From assembly GCF_009914755.1 (NCBI RefSeq), contig NC_060933.1: a DNA stretch of 64,000 nucleotides, one strand, 5' to 3'. The notes below the pieces were generated by a model. The model searched no databases, was not told the origin of the DNA, and worked only from the letters and a program-made list of their open reading frames with translations. The position numbers and the translations under genes were made by a program. The DNA is from the human T2T-CHM13v2.0 reference genome, Homo sapiens. Shown here one piece after another: positions 13,835-26,900 of this stretch (within the stretch, counting starts at the first letter, position 1; each line of letters opens with the position of its first letter).

Positions 13835-14320
13835 TCATTCAATCACCAGATGTGTGCTAGACAGTGTTCTGAGCACTGAGGATATAAGAGGGAATAAGCC
13901 AAAGTTCCTTCTCTCCTGACACTTATATTCTAGTGTGTGGGTGGGTAGGAGGTAGACAATGAACAAATACATAGATAATGATGCCAGCTGTTGTGGCTTC
14001 AAGGACTATGGATATAGCCAAAACAGGGGAGGGGGACCAGGAGTGCTGGGGGCCTGCTCTTCTACATAGAGTGATTGTGGAGGAGATCATGTGGTTATGT
14101 GGGGGAAGAGGTGAGGAGCCAAGATTATGAAAGGCATTTTAGCTCGCATGAAGGACTTTGACTCTAATTCTAAATAAGATAAGAATTCTTTAGAGAGTTT
14201 TGATCAAAAAAGTGTCCTGATCCAATTAATATTTTACTTGGGTAATTTTGGCTGCTGGATTGAGAATTAACTTTTGAGGTGCAAGGGAAAAAGAGGAGGG
14301 ACTATTGTCAAACTCAGGTC
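13835..14320 (-). mobile_element. L2
   Basis: L2 3' antisense text (cattcaatc...gtgctagacagtgttctgagcactgaggatata...atattctagt). Confidence 0.65.
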
Positions 14321-14759
14321 CCTCTACCAACTGCGATACTACACTGTGGAGTCAGAGAGTTCACAGGTAAAGGGAACCCTGGAAAGGCTCTAGTCTAACA
14401 CTATGAAGAAACTCAGAGATGTGAAGGGAACACTGCAGCTCTGGGAGGGCTAGGCCTCCTGCCTTGTGCCTGGGCTATCTTCACTAATTTACAATGATGA
14501 CAGAAGAAGCTTTGTCCCTCTTTGTCCCCCAAGGATAGTGGACCATGGCTTCCTCATCCACCGAGATCTCTTGGGGATGAAGAAACTCTGCCCTTGTCAG
14601 ACCCCTCTCTGCACTGTGGGATGAGCATGCCACGGTGCAGAAGCTTGGGTGGTGGTACTAGACATCAGTCACTGTGCCTCTCCCAGCCACTGTCTAGCCG
14701 GAAGAGGTGACCCTTAGTGGCCGCCTTTTGTGATGCATGACTTTCTCCCTCAATCCCCA

Positions 14760-15290
14760 CCTCAGTCAGACCCTAGATGACAGGATTAGGGGTGGACTCC
14801 TGATCCAAGGCAATATACCTGAGGCCTGGCCAGGGAGCTAAGATGATGCGACCCAGCAGGAAGAGATGAACACAGCCAGTAGGATTCCCCTTCTGGCATC
14901 TGAACTAAGACATAACAACAGCAAGAAGTTCTCAGCAGTGGGGCCTGAAGCTAAAAGTAAACATAGACATAGAGCTCAGTTAGGGGTTACGGCAAACAAG
15001 TGAGGAGAGAGAAGACCTGCAGAGAAAAGAAAAGAGGACTTGAAAATCACGGTACCAATGAAGGACACAGGAAATGGCTCACTCACACTAATGCCAGAGC
15101 ACTTGCAAGAAAAATCACACACTCCTTCTGCTCAAATTCCTAGAGTTACCTTGCCCTGAGGCCTGGTGGTTCTATTTATTTGTGAAAATGTGTATAGATA
15201 CAGTGGCATCTGCTCCTAAATGTTTAGGCTTTAGAAATATCTACCTCTGCTCAGCTAGTCTGGCTTTCAGGCCACCAACAAGAAGATCAC
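14760..15290 (+). mobile_element. Possible old ERVL LTR (LTR16/LTR33-like)
   Basis: ggattaggggtggactcctgatccaa and cagccagtaggattcccc motifs; highly diverged. Confidence 0.4.
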
Positions 15291-15468
15291 ACCTAAGATA
15301 GTACCATACATTCCTCTTCTTAGACACCCACTCACCTCCCAGCTCTGATGAGGCCTTTTTCCTCATGTCTCTATATCCAGGGCAAGTTTGTAGACAATCT
15401 CATTTTACTCCAATGATATGTTGATTGAGATATAGCTATAGTGACTGACATCTTTGAAATTCTACGTG

Positions 15469-18400
15469 TGTATTCCTCCATTTTCATATGGCTATGAAGA
15501 AATGCCCAAGACTGGGTAATTATAAAGAAAAAGAGGTTTAATGAACTCACAATTTGATGCGGCTGGGGAGGCCTCACAATCATGGTGGAAAGTGAAGGAG
15601 GAGCAAAGGCACATCTTACATGGTGGCAGGGAAGACAGCACGTGTGAGGGAACTCCCCTTTACAAAACTCTCAGGTCTCGCGAGACTTATTCACTATCGT
15701 GAGAACAGCATGTGAAGAAAACCACCCCCATGATACAATTACCTCCTACCGGGTCCCTCCCATGACACGTGGGGATTATGGGAGCTACAATTCAAGGTAA
15801 GATTTGGGTGAGGACACAGCCAAACCATATCATTCTGCCCCTGGCCCCTCCCAAATATCATGTCCTCACATTTCAAAATCAATCACACCTTCCCAACAGT
15901 CCCCCAAAGTCTTAACTCATTTCAGCCTTAACTCAAAATGTCCAAAGTCTCATATGAGACAAGCTAAGTCGCTTCTGCCTATAGCCTGTAAAATAGAAAG
16001 CAAGTTAATTTCTTCCTAGATACAATGGGGATACAGGCTTTGGGTAAATGCAGCCATTCCAAATGGGAGAAATTGGCCAAAACAAAGGGGCTACAGGCCC
16101 CATGCAAGTCCAAAATCCAGCTGGGCAGGCAAATTAAAGCTCCAAAATGATCTCCTTTGACTCCATGTCTCGCATCTTGGTCACGCTGATGCAAGAGTTG
16201 GGTTCCCATGGTCTTGGGCAGCTCTGCCCCTGTGGCTTTGCAGGGTACAGCCCCACTCCTGGCTGCTTTCATGGGCTGGCATTGAGTGTCTGTGGCTTTT
16301 CCAGGTACATGGTGAAAGCTGTCAGTGGATCTACCATTCTGGGGTCTGGATGATGGTGTCCCTCTTCTCACTGCTCCACTGGGGAGTGCCCTAGTGGGGA
16401 TTCTGTGTAGGGGCTCCCCCTTCACATTTCCCTTCCACACTGCCCTAACAGATGTTCTCCATGAGGGCTCTGCCCCTGCAGCACACCTCTGCCTAGACAT
16501 CCAGGTATTTCCATACATCCTCTGAAATCTAGGCGGAGGTTCCCAAACCTCAGTGCTTGACTTCTGTATACCTGTGGGCCCAACACCATGTGTAAGCCAC
16601 CAAAGTTTGGGGCTTGCACCCTCTGAAGCAATGGCCTGAGCTGTATGTTGGCCCCTTTTAGCCACTGCTGGGACACAGGGCACCAAATCCCAAGACTGCA
16701 CAAAGCAGCAAGGCCTTGGACCTGGCCCATGAAACCATTTTTTCCTCCTAGGCCTCCTGGCTTGTGATGGGAAGGGCTGCCTTGAAGTTCACTGACATGC
16801 CCTAGACATGTTCCCCATTGTCTTGGCGATTAACATGTGGCTCCTCATTACCTTTGCAAATTTCTGCCGCCAGCTTGAATTTCTCCTCAGAAAATGGGGT
16901 TTTCCCATAAAAGCCCTAGAAGAAAACCTAGGCAATACCATTCAGGACATAGGCATGGACAAAGACTTCATGACTAAAACATCAAAAGCAATGGCAACAA
17001 AAGCCAAAATTGACAAATGGGATCTAATTAAATAAAGAGCTTCTGCACAGCAAAAGAAACTACCATCAGAGTGAACAGGCAACCTACAGAATGGGAGAAA
17101 ATTTTTACAATCTACCCATCTGACAAAGGGCTAATATCCAGAATCTACAAAGAACTTAAACAAATTTACAAGAAGAAAATCAAACAACCCCATCAAAAAG
17201 TGGGCAAAGGATATGAACAGACACTTCTCAAAAGAAGACATTTAGGCAGCCACAAGACACATGAAAAAATGTTCATCATCACTGGCCATCAGAGAAATGC
17301 AAATCAAAACCACAATGAGATACCATCTCACACCAGTTAGAATGGCGATCATTAAAAAGTCAGGAAACAACAGGTGCTGGAGAGGATGTGGAGAAATAGG
17401 AACACTTTTACACTATTGGTGGGACTGTGAACTAGTTCAGCCATTTTGGAAGACAGTGTGGCGATTCCTCAGGGATCTAGAACTAGAAATACCATTTGAC
17501 CCAGCCATCCCATTACTGGTATATACCCAAAGGATTATAAAACATGCTGCTATGAAGACACATGCACACATATGTTTACTGCAGCACTGTTCACAATAGC
17601 AAAGACTTGGAACCAACCCGAATGTCCATCAATGATAGACTGGATTAAGAAAATATGGCACATATACACCATGCAATACTATGCAGTCATAAAAAAGGAT
17701 GAGTTCATGTCCTTTGTAGGAACATGGATGAAGCTGGAAACCATCATTCTGAGCAAACTACCACAAAGACAGAAAACCAAACTCTCCATGTTCTCACTCA
17801 TAGGTGGGAATTGAACAATGAGAACACTTGGACACAGGGTGGGGAACATCACACGCCAGGGTCTGTCGTGGGGTTGGGGGAGGGGGAGGGATAGCATTAG
17901 GAGATATACCTAATGTAAATGACGAGTTAATGGATGCAGCACACCAACATGGCACATGTATACATATGTAACAAACCTGCACACTGTGCACATGTACCCT
18001 AGAACTTAAAGTATAATAAAAAAATTAAAAATAAATAAAAAGAAAATGGGTTTTTCTTTTCTATCACATATCAGGCTGCAAAATTTTTGAACTCTTATGC
18101 TCTGCTTCCCTTTTAAATATAAGTTCCAACTCCAGACCAAATCTTTGTGAATCAATAAAACTGAATGCTTTTATGAACCACCAAGACACATCTTGAATGC
18201 TTTGCTTCTTAGAAATTTCTTCTATCAGATACCCTAAATCACCTCTCAAGTTCAAAGTTCCACAGGTCTCTAGGGCAGGGTCAATATGCCACTAGTCTCT
18301 TTGCTAAAGCACAACAAGAGTCACTTTTGCTCCAGTTCCCAACATGTTCCTCATCTCCATCTGAGACCACCTCAGCCTGGACTTTATTTTCCATATCACT

Positions 18401-19008
18401 ATCAGCATTTTGGTCAAAGCCACTCAACAAGTCTCTAGGAAGTTCCAGACTTTCCCACATCGTCCTGTCTTCGGAGCCCTCCAAGTCTTTAGGAAGTTTA
18501 GACTTTCTCACATTTTCCTATCTTCTGAGCCCTCTAAACTGCTCCAACCTTTACCTGCCCAGTTCCAAAGTCACTTTCACATTTTCACATATCTTTACAA
18601 CAGTACCCAACTCTACTAGCACCAATTTATTGTATTAGTCCATTCTCACACTGCTAATAAAGACATACCCTAGACTGGGTTATTTATAAAGGAAAGAGGT
18701 TTAATTGACTCACAGTTCCACAAGGATTAGGAGGCCTCAAGGCACTTACAATCATGGCAGAAGGGGAAGCAAACATGTCCTTCTTCATATGGCAGCAGGA
18801 AGGAGAAGAATGAGAGCAAAATGGGGAAAAGCTGCTTATAAAACCATCAGATCTCATGATACTTATTCACTATCATGAGAACAACATGAAAAAAAACCTA
18901 CCCCCATGATTTGATTTTCTCCAACTAGGTCCCTCCCATGACACATGGGGATTATGGGAACTACAATTTAAGATGAGATTTGGATGGGGACACAGCCAAA
19001 TCATATAA
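15469..19008 (-). mobile_element. Two-LTR THE1 MaLR provirus: 3' LTR 15469-15832, internal 15833-18630, 5' LTR 18631-19008
   Basis: Both LTRs have tgtatt...catat(c/a)a termini; PPT (minus tttgggaggggccaggggcagaa) abuts 15832; THE1-int text including the 240-aa ORF 15979-16701. Confidence 0.95.
16905..18040 (+). mobile_element. 5'-truncated L1PA (ORF2 C-terminus + 3'UTR) inside THE1-int
   Basis: ORF2 peptides incl. [19 protein letters not shown]; G-rich 3'UTR; A tail; TSD agaaaatggg(g/t)ttttc at 16889-16904 and 18041-18056. Confidence 0.97.
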
Positions 19009-19031
19009 GCATATATTGTTTATTTAAAACC

Positions 19032-19340
19032 GGCCAGACATGGTGGCTCATGCCTGTAATCCCAGCACTTTGGGAGGCTGAGGCAGGTGGATCACCTGAG
19101 GTCAGGAGTTCAAGACCAGCTTGTCCAACATGGTGAAACCCCATCTCTACTAAAAACACAAAAATTAGCTGGGCATGGTGGCGGATGCCTGTAATCCCAG
19201 CTACTCAGAAGGCTGAGGCAGGAGAATCACTTCAGCCCAGGAGGCGGAGGATGCAGAGAGCTGAGATCACACCATTGCACTCCAGCCCGAGCAACAAGAG
19301 TGAAACTCTGTCTTAAAAAATAAACAAAAAATAAAAATAA
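19032..19340 (+). mobile_element. AluS (Sq/Sp-like)
   Basis: Full dimer; caacaagagtgaaactc; A tail. Confidence 0.95.
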
Positions 19341-19857
19341 AGGCTATTTTTTAAAAAGCTATGTTGATGATATTGCAAGTCCATCAACAATGTCTAACCA
19401 AGAGGTCTGGACAGCTCTTCTGCTGGACTAATAGTTTACTTGACTTGCAGAATTAAATGCCAAGGGATCATACATTCTTACTGTCTTGTGTAAAGCATAA
19501 TTAGGAAGATAAGATTACATGTTAAGGGGTAGAAAAATTTTTCCTTGGGTTACTGAACTGATCATTTCACCTCCACCATTAAAACAAGTGTTCCTTCCGG
19601 TGGTTTGCATGGCTGGTCATAAGCAGGTCTCCAGGTCTCAGGGACACACTCTCATTGTTATCGATGATGTAGATCTTCTAAGCTGAGTATTTATAAAATT
19701 TGTCAGTAAAACCACTGAGGATCAGGACTTTGAGATTCAGCTTACTGAATGGTCCCATCTTTAAAATTCTCACATAAGTGCCCCTGCCAAACAAATGAAG
19801 GATTCTAAGCAGCAGGGTCTGGCGGGAAAAATAGGCTATTGCCTATGGCAGAGGCAT

Positions 19858-20285
19858 TGTCTTAGTTTGGGTTCCTAAGAAGCAGAGTCTGAGATGGGGA
19901 TTCTTGAAAAAGTAGTTTATTAGGGGAGTGGGCTTGGGAGAAAGGGAGCAAAAAAGCTGAATGGGGCTCCGAAGAAAGTTAAACGAAGATGTGGCTCAGG
20001 TGGCTCCAGTGTGATCCCACAGGGAGCCCTGGAATACAAATTACACCACAGAGGTGGTCCTATCTTCAGGCAAGGTACCATTTTTTTGTACCCCTTGTTA
20101 GTCATTGGCCTTCAGAGGGAGGTGAGGAGATGGGTATATAACCTCTAGATTGAAGCAGCTTCCATCTGACTAGAGGCAATTCTCTGCAGAAGAGGGCGCC
20201 ATGAGCTATTAGCAGCCAATACAGCCCTAGATCACAGGAGGCACCAGCCTGGTAAGGGAGGTCTGGGCTGGGCACCTCAGAAGTT
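19858..20285 (-). mobile_element. Old MaLR LTR (MLT1I/J-like)
   Basis: tgtcttagtttgggttcctaagaagcagagtctgagatggggatt. Confidence 0.7.
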
Positions 20286-20415
20286 GCCCTGAATGATTGT
20301 GCAAGAATCAGTGGTGACCATTGTTACTAAAGAGGAAAACATCTCTGGTACTGGAGCCACATCAGGTTTTGGGTTTATGGTTTCGTTTTTGTTTTCATTT
20401 ATGAACTTGGGCCCC

Positions 20416-21037
<622 letters not shown>

Positions 21038-21099
21038 TAACTACAACAGCACTCTTTATCTTATTTATACTTTTTAAGGAAACTATAAACTTTTTATAC

Positions 21100-21780
21100 T
21101 TTTTATTGAAGTATATACTTTTCACATATATTCAAATATGCACATATCATTAGGATAGAGCTTGATACATTTTCGCAACTGAACACAATCATGTAACCAG
21201 CACCCAGATCCAAAACGGAACATTACCAGCACCTCAGAAACTTCCATGTACTCTTTTCTCGGTCACTACTCTCCCACAAGAAAAACCATAATGCTGATGT
21301 CTAATCACATAGGTTAACTTTGCATATCTTCAAACTTTATATAAAGGTAATCATACAGTATATATTCTTTTATGTGTGTCTTCTTTTGTGCCACATAGTG
21401 TTGGTCAGATTTATCCATAATGTTGCATGTAATGAACTGCTCAGCATCATTGTTGTATAGTATTTGATTTGGGGAATATCTCATAGTAGATCCATTCATT
21501 CTACTAATAATGGACATTTGGGTTGTCAATTTTTAGCTATTACAAATAGTGCTGCTATAAAAATTCTAGTTTATAGCTTTTGGCAAACATACATATAGAA
21601 TAATCTGGGGAAAATTGATATCTCTACAGTACTAAATCTTCCAAAATATGAACAACGTACATTTATTTAAGTCTTTTTAAAATTTCTCTCAATATTGTTT
21701 TGTAGTCTTTGTTGAAGACTGGCACATTTTTCATTAGATTTATTCCTTAGTGTTTTATATTTTTGATGCTATTATAAATT
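21100..21780 (-). mobile_element. Old L1 (L1MC/MD/ME) fragment
   Basis: atgtaaccagcacccagatc...aacattaccagcacc; ggacatttgggttg. Confidence 0.75.
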
Positions 21781-22399
21781 GCACTGGGACTCTGTGGGAT
21801 TTTAAGGAGATGGAACATTTTAGCAGCCTGAGCTTTATTGCCTTTCTAGACAAGAATCCTAAAATTTTCTTTTATTAAAATGATAGGAGGAGAAAGATTA
21901 TTTAAATATCCCAAACTATTAAAACTGACAAAAGGGAAAACAAATAAGACCAGAGGCTGCAATTAGCCAATTAGAGTGCCAACTACAAATTCCAGTTTTC
22001 ACTTCCAACAGTATCAAATAGGCCCCAAGAAACCTTTTCCCAGAAAAGGATCCAAAAGAAATAAGTTGAAATTCCATGGTTTGTGTAAAAGAAATAAACT
22101 CTTTTTTATTGATCTCTGGCCAGAGAGTGAGTACTTTTTCTAATTTCAAAAATTTGAAAGGGAGACAAAATCCAATATTTATACATACATATTATGTGTC
22201 AAGTGCATTTTACACAATTATCTATCATGACAAACCTACACACTGTTTGCATTTATTCAATTTTCTAGTTGAGGAATCTGAAATGCAAGAGATTAATGCC
22301 CCACATCATACTCTATCAGTGATAGAAATGCAAATTCAGGCCTGACAGATGCCAGCAGCAACCCCGCACCCCCATCTTTAGAAGTAACATGAATTGGTA

Positions 22400-23030
22400 T
22401 CTTTTCAACTATTAAAATTAAAGTCATGTTCATTACAGAAATTTTGAAAAATATACAAAAGTATAAAGAAATGATTTTATAGATATACATTGATTTTCTA
22501 CTCAGTATCACTTATAATATCCTCACGAGTTTATATACTCTTGAACTTTATCATTCTAACATCTGCATACTTTTTCATCAGTTAATACACTGTAATATTT
22601 AAACCAAATACCTTTCATGTTGGACATATAAAACTATTTCTATATTTCATGTAATACATGACTCTGCAATGAACCTTGCATCTGTATCATTGCAACTTTG
22701 CACACACCTCTGATTATTTCTTTATGATAAATTCCTCCAAGTATTATCCTGAGTCAAAGGGATAGAAACATGTTAAGACTGTTAATACACATGGTCAAAT
22801 CCTCCTCTTCCCTTCCCTCCCATCTCCCAGATAAGTCACAGCTTCTTCCTATCCTTAGCAAGAGAGAGGGCCATCTGCTGTGTCTTTGTCTGTGCTGGAT
22901 ATTACCACTTAGAAAAATATTTCCCAATCGGATAGGTCGAAAAAATCATATTTTAATTTACACTTCTTTAAATACCAGTGGTTTTGAGCATCTAGTTATT
23001 GGCCATGTGTATTTGTCCATTTGGATGTTG
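22400..23030 (-). mobile_element. Old L1ME-like fragment
   Basis: AT-rich L1 antisense text (gattatttctttatgataaattcct...gagtcaaaggg; tattggccat). Confidence 0.5.
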
Positions 23031-23275
23031 CCGTTTCTCAACAAATGCTTTCTGGATCACTTGCATTAGAATGCTTATGTGCATAGGAAACAGGTCGATT
23101 CCTGATTCCCAGTTCAGACTACCTAAAGTGATCCCTGCATGGGGGTTGGAGGGAGGAAATCTGATTTTGTTAGCTCTGCTGGCAATTCGTGTGGACTCTA
23201 GATTTTGATCATCACTGTCCTCCTCCAGTCGGGCCTCTGCAGATTCCAGACCTAGAAGCAGCAAACAAGTCTACA

Positions 23276-23964
23276 TGTTAGCAGTGGAAGAGACTCGAAT
23301 TACCCCGAGTTATGGCCGGAATATCCATACGGGTCAGTAGCAACTTCAGTCCTTGCCTCTTCAGAAGAAATAATTCAACTGAGGGGCATAAAGCAGAAAA
23401 AGAGACTGAAGCAAGTTCCAGAGCAAGAATGGAAGTCTATTTTAAAAGACGTTAGAACAGGAAAGAAAGGAAAATTCACTTGGAAGAGACCCAGTGGGCA
23501 CCTGAAGGTCCAAGGGAGAAAAGAGAAAAAAAAGTGGGGGGGGGCCTTTAATCTTGATCCTACAACTTTATAGGCTCGCCTCTTTCCCACGAAAGGTGTA
23601 GCATTCCCGCATGCGCAATGCTTTTCTTGCCCTCTGGAATTGAGCAGGCAGCGTGTTTAGGGAGTTATACGCATGCCCATCTGAGGCATTTTCCTTTTTC
23701 CGGTGGCATGTGTTCCCGGAATGTCATACTTCACCATTTTGTCTCTTAACATGCGTGCCCAAAAAGCTGCTTTTCCCTGGGTTCTACATTCAATGAACAT
23801 TTTTAATGTTAACAGGTGTGGACCATCAGTGGCTTGACTCTCCGTGGCTGCCGAATTATCATTTCTATAGAGGCAATGCGATAATTGCCGAACTATCACC
23901 CGACATTTCTAGTGGGTGGGGGAGAGCCCCCTCCTGCCCCACTCATGCCTAACTACCTGTAACA
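23276..23964 (-). mobile_element. MER50-family (MER50B-like) ERV1 solo LTR
   Basis: Minus start tgttacaggtagttaggcatgagtggggcagg; tgtta...taaca termini; perfect 4-bp TSD taca. Confidence 0.85.
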
Positions 23965-24063
23965 TACACAGCCACGGACTTGATCCCTTTATAAGTCAAA
24001 ATCACTGGTGATCCTCACATGAAGCTTTTGTTTGTCTATATAATTCAAATGTGTTTTCAGGTA

Positions 24064-24225
24064 TTTTTTTTTTTTAAAGAGATGGGGTTTCACTCTGTTG
24101 CCTAGACTGGAGTGCAGTGGTGTGATCATAGCTCACAGCAGGCTCGAACTCCTAGGCTCAAGCAATCCTCCAGCCTCAACCTCCCGAGTAGCTGGAACCA
24201 CAGGCAGGCACAACCATGCGCAGCT
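24064..24225 (-). mobile_element. FRAM / Alu right-arm monomer
   Basis: Single right arm with poly-T; flanked by caggta on both sides. Confidence 0.88.
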
Positions 24226-24941
24226 CAGGTACATTATCTTAATAACTGCAGAGAAATCTCTGAGATGTCATAGTTCAACCCCTCATTTAGCCATGTCAAT
24301 AAGCTTAAAACACATTTTTTTTTTGTGGTATAGTCAAGCCAATGACTAAAGATTCAACATCTCTGCCCAGCAGGATTCTAACTACATAGCAAAAGAAGAG
24401 ATTTTTTTAAAGAGAATAAAATTTTTATTTTGAAAAGTTTAAGAAATCCTGCAAGAGCTGTGAAACTAGTAGAGTTTCACAAGTAGAGAACCAAGCACAA
24501 TAAAGCACCATTCAATCCTGGATTTCAAGGAGCCAGATGAAAAGCCTAGTAGGGTGGGGTCCTCAGCCTCTCCTATCTTATTTCCCTTCACTGATTAGGC
24601 CCTAGCAAATAGAAACAAAAGGATTGTTTTCCTGAGGACAGCATGTACATGTTTAAAGACATTCAGCTTCTGTAAATGCCTTACAGGGAATTTTAAGGAC
24701 ATAAAAGCTACAATGATATTGTTTGAGAAGCAGCTTTTTTCTTATGCCTTTGCAATTCAAGCAAGCCAAATATAATTCTATTAGCAGTTTTTAAATGTTA
24801 AGTGTAAGGATTACCTAATATTTACTACCAGCAGGCCAAAATGACGCAAACAATAGGCCAGAGCTAGCAGGGTGGGCAGGAGGTGGCACGTCATATTCAT
24901 GTGAGGAAACCTCTTCCCAAGGAAATAGGTAGAAGCATCCC

Positions 24942-25822
24942 TGTTACAGACTGAATCATGCTGCCCTCCAAATTCATGTTGAAGTCCTAACATCCAATGT
25001 GACTGCATGTGGAAATAGGGCCTTATATTAGTCTGAGTGCTCCAGAGAAACAGAACCAATAGGATGTATATATAATATGTAGAAAGAGGTTTATTATAAG
25101 GAGTTGGCTTGTGTGATTATGAAGGTTGGCAAGACATTGATATGCAGAGTGAATCGGCAAGCTGGAGACCAAGGAAGGCAATTTAATTCTAGTCCAAGGC
25201 TGAAGGCCTAGAACCAGGATGAACTGATGTTTCAGTATGAGTCTGAAAGCAGGAAAAAAGCTGATGTTTCAATTCCAAGGCAACAAGCAGGAAGAATGCT
25301 CTTCTACTTGAGGGAGGGACAGGCTTTTTGTTCTACTTAGGCCTTTAACTCATAGGATGAGGGCCACTGATATCAGAGAGGGCAAGCTGCTTTACTCCAT
25401 CTACCAATTTAAATGTTAATCTCACCCAAAGTCACCTCACAAATGTACCCAGGATGTTTGACCAAATTTCTGGGTCCAGTCAAGTTGACATACAAAATTA
25501 ACTATCACAAGAAAAGTAAGGTTCAAACATTACGATCATAAGGGTGGGGCCCTAATTCTATATGACTGGTGTCTATATAAGAAGGGGAGACTGGGACACC
25601 CAGAGAGACACCAAGGAAGGGCATGCACAGAGGAAAGGCCATTTGAGGACACAGCAAGCAAGTGGCCATCAGCAAGCCAAGGAGAGAGGCTCAGGAGAAA
25701 CCAAACCTGCCAACACCTTGATCTTGGACTTCCAGCCTCCAGAACTGTGAGAAATAAATTTCTGTTGTTTAAGACACCCAGACTGTGGTATTTTGTTATG
25801 ACAGCCTGAGCAGACTAACACA
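24942..25822 (+). mobile_element. MLT1B LTR, split by MLT2
   Basis: tgttacagactgaat...gactaacaca; TSD atccc/gtccc. Confidence 0.88.
25024..25509 (-). mobile_element. MLT2B-like (ERVL) LTR
   Basis: tctgagtgctccagagaaacagaaccaataggatg ... caagttgacatacaaaattaactatcaca. Confidence 0.88.
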
Positions 25823-25970
25823 GTCCCCTTCCCAGGAAGGAAGAGAAAACAGCTTTCCTGTTGCAAACCATCATATATGAAGAACTTATGCCTGCACTGA
25901 GCTATGCATTTTTCACCCACTGCTCTCATTTATCCTTATGACACTGTCCAGAGGTGGGTGCGCATATCTT

Positions 25971-26452
25971 TGTATCAGTTAGGAATAGGTTTGGTTGCAC
26001 ATAATAGAAAATCCAAGCTACCATGGCTTGACCAAATGAAGGCTTATTTTTCTCATATTCAATAACTACAGAAGAAAGCAGACCAGGGCTATGAGGCAGC
26101 TCAGGGAGATGATGTGGCAGCTGTCACATCCAGGCTCCATCAAGCTTCTGCTGTTTAGCTATCCTTCATGCATGGCTTTTGTTCTTTGCTTATTTCCTTG
26201 TACTAACAAGAATATAACTCCATCTCTGGCATTCAGGTAGGAAGAATAGTAAGGATGATGAGCAAAAGGCACAGGACAACTCAGTTTCTCTTTTAAAAAA
26301 GGTTTTACAGAAAAGCAGAACTCCTGTTTACAGTTCATTAGATTGCTCTATGTTATGCTGCAAGGGGGGGCTGAGATCTGTCATTTTAGCAGAATAGAAC
26401 TGAGGGAGAAGGAGAGAATGACTACTGGCAGGCAACAGCAGTGTTTGCCACC
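25971..26452 (-). mobile_element. MLT1J/K-like LTR inside a MIR
   Basis: tgtatcagttaggaataggtttggttgcacataatagaaaatcc; MIR halves on either side. Confidence 0.65.
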
Positions 26453-26489
26453 TTCCCCTTGCATGGATGAGTATGGATAAATTATACAT

Positions 26490-26600
26490 GTCAGTTGCTA
26501 TTTAAATCATGACACTTGGGGAAGGGGATGCTATTGATAATAATGCCAGGACAGCAGGCACAAAACAGGACTCTCCTGAACAAAGTGTTTGGATGCACTA
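26490..26600 (-). mobile_element. MER94-like hAT MITE
   Basis: gctattgataataatgccaggacagcaggcacaaaacaggactctcctg. Confidence 0.45.
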
Positions 26601-26744
26601 CAGAAGAGGCCGAGAAAGGATAGTTAACTTGTCCAAGGACACATTGAGGATTCCAACCCTGCTAACTCTTACCCCAACACTCATCCTCCTTAACAATTGC
26701 ACTAGAATGTTATGATTATAAGGATGTAGATGTAGATTATTTGC

Positions 26745-26900
26745 TTCAGAAACACTAAAGTGCTTGCTAAAAATACTGATTCCTTGACCCTACCCCAGGG
26801 CTTTGGATTCAGTGAGTCTAGAGTAGAGGCCCGGAGGTCTGCTTCCTAAATAAACATGCCAGGGTAAGTCTGATGCAGTGAGCTGCATTCCGGGAAACAT
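26745..26900. mobile_element. MER5-like hAT MITE
   Basis: gcttgctaaaaatactgattcc...attcagtgagtctagag...tctgatgca. Confidence 0.6.

Noticed and set aside
15979-16701. 240-aa ORF, the longest in the window
   Set aside because: Lies wholly in THE1 internal sequence; a MaLR ORF remnant, not a host gene.
16808-17814. ORFs with RT-element C-terminal motifs
   Set aside because: Frameshifted pieces of a truncated L1PA ORF2.
18429-18535. ~53-bp tandem duplication in THE1-int
   Set aside because: Probably a family-level feature of THE1 internal sequence; check against the consensus.
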